DNA of 43,278 nucleotides from Octopus bimaculoides (lineage: Eukaryota). Both the position numbers and the translations under genes were made by a program. Under the pieces are notes generated by a model. The model had not been told where the DNA came from and ran no database searches. It was given only the letters and a program-made list of their open reading frames with translations. Positions 34,871 through 43,278 of this stretch are shown piece by piece. Within the stretch, counting starts at the first letter, position 1; each line of letters begins with the position of its first letter. Location of the stretch: positions 17,012,990 through 17,056,267 of the forward strand of contig NC_068982.1 in the NCBI RefSeq assembly GCF_001194135.2, read 5' to 3'.

Positions 34871-34948
34871 GAAATATTCATGGGTTCTGCTAGTTTGAGT
34901 TCATGAAACGTTATGTCATGAGATTATTGCAGAACACAGATTTTTACT

Positions 34949-35069
34949 CTCACCTGATGAGCTAGCTTAATATCTGTATTGATTTACAGATTGTTTATGT
35001 TAATACAGGCATGTAAGTGATTTACTTAATATATTTGCATGCTTTCAGTTGCGAAACAATTGTTATAAG
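34949..35069 (+). ncRNA. Decayed hammerhead-like motif
   Basis: CTCAC CTGATGA GC...GC GAAA CAATTG TT ATAAG. Perfect palindromic stem III ACAATTGT and a GUU site. Stem I pairs only 3/5 and stem II is long and partly broken. AATAAA lies about 20 nt downstream. Confidence 0.4.
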
Positions 35070-35193
35070 AATTTCCAATGGTTGAATAAATTTTATATTT
35101 TTTTCCTCTTGCATCATACTATATATTCTATATGTTTTATAGAATGATACAATAGGGAGGTTTTTTATGAGTACCACCAGATTAGTTGAATCC

Positions 35194-35241
<48 letters not shown>

Positions 35242-35606
35242 GTGTGTGTGTGTGTGTGCGCGTGTGCATGCGTGTGTGTGTGTATACCTATATATATGAA
35301 CCATAAAAGTCAGGTGGTATAAATATATTTATTTAACCACCTATCATCTTTCAAAATATAGCCATTTCACAGCTTTCACGATGTGATTATAATTCCGGTG
35401 TATAAGAATTATTTTGAATATCTGTACTAATATGCATGACACACATTATACAATACAAGTGCATATTTACAAATCTGTGCAGATAAAGAAAGCTAGCTCA
35501 TCAAATCATTAGAACATCACTGTTACACCAATTCTTCAACTCGTATGTATGTATGTATGTATGTATGTATGTATGTATGTGTGTATGTATTTATGTATGT
35601 ATGTGT

Positions 35607-35860
35607 GGAGGCACGTGGCTTAGTGGTTAGGGTGTCAGCATCATGATCGTAAGATTGTGGTTTCGATTCCTGGACCGGGCGACGTGTTGTGTTCTTGAGC
35701 AAAACACTTCATTTCACGTTGCTCCAGTCCACTCAGCTGGCAAAAATGAGTAACACTGCGATGGACTGGCGTCCCGGTCCAGCTGGGGAACACATACGCC
35801 ATTGAAACCGGGAAACTGGGCTCATGAACCTGGCAAAGCTTTTAAAAAAGGGCGCATTTA
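35607..35860 (+). mobile_element. tRNA-derived SINE family A, second copy, embedded in (ATGT)n
   Basis: Aligns by eye with 694-939 (ggttagggtgt...gatcgtaagattgtggtttcgatt...ttgtgttcttgagcaaaacacttc...gtccactcag). Confidence 0.8.
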
Positions 35861-35882
35861 TTTATTTATTTTATTATGCATG

Positions 35883-35913
<31 letters not shown>

Positions 35914-35933
35914 CCTTTTTGTTATTTTTACAG

Positions 35934-36044
35934 AACATGGTTGCAGAAGAAATTAAAAAAGAGAACAATCTACTAAAAGCTATCCTGGTGACTGTTTTCT
36001 GCTGCCTTCCGTTAGGAATTGTGGCCATCATTCAAGCTAACAAG
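35934..36044 (+). CDS. Gene 2, CD225/dispanin (PRRT1/SynDIG/IFITM-superfamily) exon: NMVAEEIKKENNLLKAILVTVFCCLPLGIVAIIQANK
   Basis: ttttacag acceptor, 111-nt phase 0-0 exon, donor AAG|gtttgc. The LxxAILVTxFCCxPLGIVAI motif is the hallmark first hydrophobic segment of the CD225 domain. The exon carrying the second TM segment was not found in the window. Confidence 0.9.
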
Positions 36045-37037
36045 GTTTGCTTTATTTTCTTGTCTATTTTATTCTTTTATGAACGATTTTATTATATAAG
36101 ACAAAAACAATTGCAAGGAAATTTCTATGTTGTTGCTTGACCCGTTAGAAATGTCAACCAAATTATCCCTCAAAACATTTTCTTCCATCCTATCAAGGAA
36201 AGAGTGCATTGGGTAATCTTTTATAATTTATCGTTTACTTCTCCTGGCCATGTTGGAACATTGCCTTGAAGAATCTTAGTTGAGCGAATCGACTCCAATA
36301 CCTATTCTTTCTAAGCCTGGTACTTTTTTCATCAGTTTCTTTTGCCGATCTGCTAAGTTACAGAGATGTAAACACATCTATACCAGTTGTCAAGTGGTGG
36401 TGGGTGACAAATACAAACACACNNNNNNNNNNNNNNNNNNNNNNNNNNNNNNNNNNNNNNNNNNNNNNNNNNNNNNNNNNNNNNNNNNNNNNNNNNNNNN
36501 NNNNNNNNNNNNNNNNNNNNNNATGTGGTTGGTAAGCAAGCTACTTGCCACACAGCCACTCCTGCGCCTTTATTTTAATTTTATTTTTATTTTTACATGA
36601 ATATCTGTGTATTACTTTTTCTTTTCTTTTCTGCTCAGGATTTTATATTCCCATTTTATTTTATATTGGTATTTCGTTTTGTCATTTTGTTATATTGTTC
36701 TTAACCACCAACTTAACACTACACACTGAATCGTGGCAAGGTATGGACGGTTTTCGGAGTACCGAGGAAATTATGTGTAAATGGAGAAGTCTACGAGATA
36801 TAGTACAATGCAAAATACCGAAAGGAACTTCACCTCTTATATCGCACCTTTCTTCCTCCTTTAACGCCGATGTGATATAATTTCTTGGGAGAGAAATACT
36901 TTTGCGGCTGAAGATAGCTTTGTATTGTCAATTATACACTGATATAAAGCTTGAAACACGTGTACCGCAGAATCCTTTGTATTTTTGTTGTTATTTTTTG
37001 CATTTACAATATATATATATATACATACTGAAACTAT

Positions 37038-37085
37038 TAAAAGTGAAACAGTATAAAAGTGAAACAGTATAAAAGTGAAACTATT
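37038..37085 (+). repeat. 16-bp minisatellite x3 (TAAAAGTGAAACAGTA)
   Basis: Direct reading. Confidence 0.9.
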
Positions 37086-38774
37086 TACAACTTACTCCGA
37101 CGAAGGTTTGACTTTTATTCTTCGAGTTTTGAGACGTAATACGGAACCAGTGTCAATGACTGGAAATGAAAAAAGCTTAGCAAAATAGCCGTGGATGTTA
37201 TTCATTTTTTAATTTGTATCAGAACTGAAACTAATAACCCTTTCTACTATGAACACAAAACCTAGAATTTGAGGGGAGGGACATAGTCGATCACATTGAC
37301 TCCAGTACTTGACTGGTACTTAATTGTGTGGGTGTTTTTTTCAAAACATTGTCTGATTTAAAAAGCCACATCAGACGCCATGAAAGGGCTAAGGTCTAAT
37401 TGCAGGAAGTGGTCAAACTCTGTGTAAGGAGTAGACAACCACCATGTATGTTTGTAGGTATGTATGTATGTATGTATGTATGTATGTATGTATGTGTATG
37501 TATGTGTATGTATGTGTATGTATGTATGTATGTATGTATGTATGTATGTACGTATCAGTCATTGGAATGCAGACATGTTGGGGTGACACCTGCATTATTT
37601 TAGTCGGTCAAACAAATCACATTGCAAATTTTTTGAAAGTCTAGTTTTTGTATCCGCCACCTTTTTCAGGACGTAAAGAAACCTATATTGTGGGGAGACA
37701 GGTGGAAAAATACGCACACACGCAAACGTACGTTCTCACACGCATTCACTCACAAACACACGTTTGGAAACATAAAAACGATAAGAAGTACGTTTGAATG
37801 ACTATATATACACACATAAAATGAAAGTAAATATTACACATGTCTCTGACATGTTTTACCTTCACAAAAACCAGAATTTGTGGAGAAACGCCCATCTCCC
37901 CATTTAAACAAACTATAAGAAGTACGTTTGAATGACTAGCCTTCCGTTAGACTTTCAACGCCCCTCAAACTTGTTCTCATTAATCTGTAAGTGCTGAGAG
38001 AAGAAACCAAAAGACTTTAAATATATATTTTAAAATGCTGATTTTTCTGCGACCAAAATTTCTTCAAGCTAGTGTCCCAGCATGGCTGCAGTCCAATGAC
38101 TGAAAGAAGTAAAAANNNNNNNNNNNNNNNNNNNNNNNNNNNNNNNNNNNNNNNNNNNNNNNNNNNNNNNNNNNNNNNNNNNNNNNNNNNNNNNNNNNNN
38201 NNNNNNNNNNNNNNNNNNNNNNNNNNNNNNNNNNNNNNNNNNNNNNNNNNNNNNNNNNNNNNNNNNNNNNNNNNNNNNNNNNNNNNNNNNNNNNNNNNNN
38301 NNNNNNNNNNNNNNNNNNNNNNNNNNNNNNNNNNNNNNNNNNNNNNNNNNNNNNNNNNNNNNNNNNNNNNNNNNNNNNNNNNNNNNNNNNNNNNNNNNNN
38401 NNNNNNNNNNNNNNNNNNNNNNNNNNNNNNNNNNNNNNNNNNNNNNNNNNNNNNNNNNNNNNNNNNNNNNNNNNNNNNNNNNNNNNNNNNNNNNNNNNNN
38501 NNNNNNNNNNNNNNNNNNNNNNNNNNNNNNNNNNNNNNNNNNNNNNNNNNNNNNNNNNNNNNNNNNNNNNNNNNNNNNNNNNNNNNNNNNNNNNNNNNNN
38601 NNNNNNNNNNNNNNNNNNNNNNNNNNNNNNNNNNNNNNNNNNNNNNNNNNNNNNNNNNNNNNNNNNNNNNNNNNNNNNNNNNNNNNNNNNNNNNNNNNNN
38701 NNNNNNNAAAAAACGAAAAAACTAATCGAAAAATATAACCGTGAGGCTTTCGTCCGCTTTCACACTTTAACTAT

Positions 38775-38850
38775 GAGTCTTTTGTCCGAGGGAGCTTTTG
38801 TACGTGGCGCTTTTGTACTAGGGGACTTTTGTCCTAGAGGGCTTTTGTCC
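38775..38850 (+). repeat. Degenerate ~15-bp tandem repeat with a CTTTTGT core
   Basis: Five units of (G)xxCTTTTGTxC; probably internal to a non-autonomous element partly hidden in the preceding gap. Confidence 0.7.
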
Positions 38851-39183
38851 TACATTCATACACACACACATACACACACACAGTGCTTCTACAAAGGTTC
38901 TGCCCACCAAATTCACTTGACCCAGGATTACAGTGGAACACATTTGCCCAAGGTGGTGTGTAGTGGGACCAAATTTGAACATAACTGTAAACAGAACTAA
39001 ATATTACAGATGTTATAAGGGGTGTCTCGTTAAATAAACCCCGTTTCGCTCGGTTTTAATACGGCATGTTGTTAGTAACCGTAGGTTTAAGTCATTGGGT
39101 TTATACACACGCGCACACGCGCACATTCAAACATACCACACACAAACTTTCACAAATACGAACATACGTACTTACAGAGACAT

Positions 39184-39242
<59 letters not shown>

Positions 39243-39993
39243 NNNNNNNNNNNNNNNNNNNNNNNNNNNNNNNNNNNNNNNNNNNNNNNNNNNNNNNNNN
39301 NNNNNNNNNNNNNNNNNNNNNNNNNNNNNNNNNNNNNNNNNNNNNNNNNNNNNNNNNNNNNNNNNNNNNNNNNNNNNNNNNNNNNNNNNNNNNNNNNNNN
39401 NNNNNNNNNNNNNNNNNNNNNNNNNNNNNNNNNNNNNNNNNNNNNNNNNNNNNNNNNNNNNNNNNNNNNNNNNNNNNNNNNNNNNNNNNNNNNNNNNNNN
39501 NNNNNNNNNNNNNNNNNNNNNNNNNNNNNNNNNNNNNNNNNNNNNNNNNNNNNNNNNNNNNNNNNNNNNNNNNNNNNNNNNNNNNNNNNNNNNNNNNNNN
39601 NNNNNNNNNNNNNNNNNNNNNNNNNNNNNNNNNNNNAGAGAGAGAGAGAGAGGAAGAGAGAGAGAGAGGAAGAGAGAGAGAGGAAGAGAGAGAGAGAGGA
39701 AGCGAGAGAGAGGCGGAGGAGTATAAAAATAAAAGAGAGGGATACAGAGAAAGTTGCTTTGGCCAAACAGAAAGTGTGTCATGATAGACGTCAATCTACT
39801 TAGAATTCCCGTGAAATAGTAAATAAAACCCATTGAAAGAGGAGTGTCTGTTGGGACGACAACGTGGTTCCTTTCAATACCTTTTCACAAAATATTTCCG
39901 TTACTGTCATCGTTAAAATATTGATAAGTATGCTACTCCTTAATACAACTAGATACCAGTACTGCTTATTAGTCCCTATGTCAGTCATCGACA

Positions 39994-40292
39994 GTGGAGG
40001 CGCAATGGCCCAGTGGTTAGGGCAGCGGATTCGCGGTCATAGGATCGCGGTTTCGATTCCCCATATTGAGCGAAAACACCTAAAACTCCACGAGGCTCCG
40101 CCACCGGGGATGGTGGCGAACCCTGCTGTACTCTTCCACCACAACTTTCTCTCACTCTATCTCCGAGAACTACGTTAAGGGTACACGTGTCTGTGGAGTG
40201 CTCAGCCATTTGCACGTTAATTTCACGAGCAGGCTGTTCCGTTGATCGGATCAACTGGAACCTTCGACGTCGTAAGCGACGGAGTGCCAACA
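39994..40292 (+). mobile_element. SINE family B, internally deleted copy with 12-bp TSD
   Basis: Same head and tail as 19754-20141. CAGTCATCGACA is duplicated at 39982-39993 and 40293-40304. Confidence 0.85.
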
Positions 40293-40874
40293 CAGTCATC
40301 GACAACTCGCGATCCGCAGTACTTTCTGAGCTGCATGCCTAACGAAAAATTGCCAAGACCTGTTTATAGGGTTGCCCATACCTACTCTATACGATTCTTT
40401 GTTGTTGCAGAGATAGCTGCCAAATCTCCCTCAGAACACACCCAACAGGCTAGAATATCCGTGGTCTTAGTTCTACTCGTTCTTGTATGAAGTGACATGA
40501 GCTTCAACCAACAAAACAAACTGCTAGGCGGGTTTAAGACCTGCAAATTTTAGTAGCCAATTTTTTTGCTTATCGCACACTTCTGTCTTAAAAATAGAAG
40601 TGATAGATTGGATGATGTGATCCTAAATACTTATGATAGAACAAAAGTAAGATATAAAGAAAAAAAATGATTGTCATAGAGTGAAAATATTTTGATAATA
40701 ACTCTGCTTCATCTAGTTTGACCTAGCTTTAACCAGTAACAAAAAAAGACAGCATATTTCTCTGTGAAAAAGAGCAAACAACTGTAAATAGTAGATACTT
40801 TGTCATAACAATTTGAATAATAAAGACTTACACAGACATAAAACCTACAAGAAACTATATTGTGCTAGCCAGAT

Positions 40875-41300
40875 TATACATGACGTACGTCACGATGTTG
40901 TTACGATGACGTAAATTACTAACCGTCGCGTAGTTTGCTTGTTGCTTGTGTTGAGCTGATCACCGATCAAACGTCTGAGTCACCGTTCTCAAAGTGGGTG
41001 GCTTAACTATTATTGATGTAGTGTGCGTGTGAAATGTGCTGGTTGCATGAATAATAATTGAAGCAAAATTACTGAACATAATGATATTTGGTGTCGGCCA
41101 TTTATAATGAACAAGATTAATAACTATCGTCAGGGAGGAGTAAAAACCGCATCGTGTCTGTAGATGCTACCTATAGGACATTTTGTGTATGTTCAGAATC
41201 GGTCTGTCCAATAAACGAGAGATCTGCGCAAAAGTCCGAGGAGACGGTCTGTGACGTGAGCGGTCTATCGGATGTCTGGGTTCTGGGTTAGGCACCAAAA
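40875..41300. promoter_or_regulatory. CpG-enriched candidate promoter/enhancer with clustered CRE/ATF and AP-1 sites
   Basis: Palindrome TGACGTACGTCA 40881-40892, ATGACGTAA 40906-40914, TGAGTCA 40976-40982, TGACGTG ~41252; CpG density is visibly above the flanks. Confidence 0.4.
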
Positions 41301-43278
41301 GGTTTTCATAAGGGACAAGAAGTTAAATTTTAGAACATTCGAGGAAACCAGACCACGCCACAGCCTCACATTGATTGATCGATTTATAGATCAATCACAT
41401 GAAATCGTGGTGGCTCACGCATGGTGCCTAACCGAGTATCTAGCGGTTAGCGATTAGGGTTTGAATCCTTGCTACAATTGCTTAAACAATTAGCAAACTG
41501 TTGAAAAATATTTTCAAACAAGAAACAACTAAGTCTGTTAATAAAATGGCTCTATAATTAACAATTTCTGAGTAACGGAAAACATAACTACAAATATATA
41601 TATATACCTGGCAGAAGCTATTATCTCCAGGTCTGATTGCAACGGATTTATTTCAGAAATAGAGAAAAAGAAGCATTGGACCCAGTACTGAACTGGTACT
41701 TTATATATCGACTTTGAAACCATGAATGGTTGAACTCCGCAGGAAGCGAAAATGCAGAAAGCCAGAACAAAAATCTGAAGATTCTACCCGACGCTCTAAT
41801 GTTTGTCAAGTCGCTACCTCACCCTAATTATATAGAAATTGTACTTCTAACCGTACGACGTTGGGGAACAATGCCATAGCCTTTCTAATGATAACAGTAT
41901 CAGAAACCTATTATTTTCTAATATCATAGAACAAATCAATTTGTAGAATAAATATTTCCGCATCGTGTCGAGTGTTTTGTCTATTGAATCTGCGGTCAAC
42001 AACCGGATCGCTTTCGGTAAACATCTGGTAATAGATCTTAAAGGGATCAGCCTTCTCACTTCTCTTATATCTCTAGAAAGCTTGAACTGTGAAAAGCAGA
42101 CATACAAAACAACTTGACTGTTTCCTCAAGAATTGAACCGGAATGAGGAAATCAACTGGCAATACAGAATTCCGTATATTGAAGTCCTTGATTATACGAA
42201 ACATTTTCACATATTTCGGAGGTTTCAAAGAAGACTAGCACAGTACGAAGTTATACTTATTTCGTGTTAGTCTTCTAATATAATTCAGTTCACCTGCAGG
42301 ATATTCTGCAAGAATATCAAAACGATTTCGGTACTTGACTGGTATTTATTTAATTGATCCCAGAAAAATCAAAGTTAACCTCAACGGAATACGAGCAGAA
42401 AACAGATATTGCATGCATTTTCTCAGACGCTGTTAATGATTCTGACAACTCATCGTGTATTAAATGTCTATCATCAATATATGAATGCACAATCGACTCA
42501 AGGAAGTTCCCAACTGAGAAACAAAAATTCTACTGAAATCCTGAATTCATGAATGCTCAGAAACAAAAGAATAATAGAAATATAACAGAGAAACTCTAGC
42601 AAAAATGTATTTACTACACCTGAATATATCACATAGTAGTGAGACTTTCTCTTTCAGTTTCACCAAATTGGCCATTTCCAAACAAATTGTTTCTACAAGA
42701 CGATAAAATCGATGAAGTCAGAAAGGTTAAGATGTTCTTCGTTAGTCCCAAGTCAGTTTTAATCGATAAGACAGACCTCAATTAGACCTATGGTCAAACA
42801 AACCCATGATCCAAGTCTTTCCAATCGTAAGCATTGCATCATTTTAGGTGTATATATATGACATCTGTATCTATAAAACTCAAAATGTGCGTTTGTATGC
42901 TTTCCATGCGTTTCCACATCTTTCATCCGATTTTTTTACTCTTTTACTCTTTTACTTGTTTCAGTCATTTGACTGTGGTCATGCTGGAGCACCGCCTTTA
43001 GTCGAGTTAATCGGCCCCAGGACTTATTCTTTGTAAGCCTAGTACTTATTCTATCGGTCCTTTTTGCAGAACCGCTAAGTTATGGGGACGTAAACACACC
43101 AGCATCGGTTGTCAAGTGATGTTGGGGCGACAAACACGGACACATACACACACACATACACACACACATACATACACACATACACACACACATACATATA
43201 TACAACGGGTTTCTTTCAGTTTCCGTCTACCAAATCCACTCACAAGGCTTTGGTCGGCCCGTGGCTATAGTAGAAGAC

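Noticed and set aside
40390-40490. AEIAAKSPSEHTQQARISVVLVLLVLV* as a possible last CD225 exon
   Set aside because: The acceptor gives phase 1 while the CD225 exon ends in phase 0; there is no CD225 second-half motif, and the sequence looks repeat-derived.
41847-42107. 86-aa minus ORF, and plus-strand ESAVNNRIAFGK similar to an RTE motif
   Set aside because: Too short and degenerate to assign; no supporting splice or domain context.
1-43278. CRISPR arrays, rRNA genes, prokaryotic operons
   Set aside because: No regularly spaced repeat-spacer arrays or rRNA motifs; the sequence is spliceosomal-intron-rich eukaryotic DNA.

Overview
AT-rich, repeat-dense metazoan genomic DNA with 12 N-gaps. The SINE/LINE repertoire looks like an Octopus genome (inference from recognised repeat sequences; no database search was run). 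Two intron-containing genes can be rebuilt by hand on the + strand, neither captured correctly by the ORF track. (1) A complete 3-exon gene (8344-8353, 14344-14666, 16587-16718) encodes a 154-aa protein with (GYPPQP)n repeats and one C-terminal transmembrane anchor. (2) A partial CD225/dispanin-family gene has an acidic T/E/V-rich exon (29187-29476) and a CD225 exon (35934-36044); its first and last coding exons are not visible. The rest is mostly fossil mobile DNA: RTE LINEs and their (TGA)n-tailed 3' ends, a CRE-clade non-LTR element, fragments of piggyBac, mariner and Ty3/gypsy elements, MITEs, several tRNA-derived SINE families and microsatellites. The most notable unannotated signal is six type I hammerhead-ribozyme motifs (CUGAUGA...GAAA core, short self-complementary stem III, GUU/GUC site), all on the + strand. 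They comprise a tandem pair 465 nt apart in a retrozyme/Penelope-like direct repeat (9916-10568), an intact copy at 12249-12354, one in the tail of a tRNA-headed SINE (22146-22190), and decayed copies at 30604 and 34949. Long fold-back hairpins (18312-18648, 28547-28933) and an inverted telomere-repeat array (1815-1966) are also present. All structures and translations were read by eye; ribozyme activity is untested.
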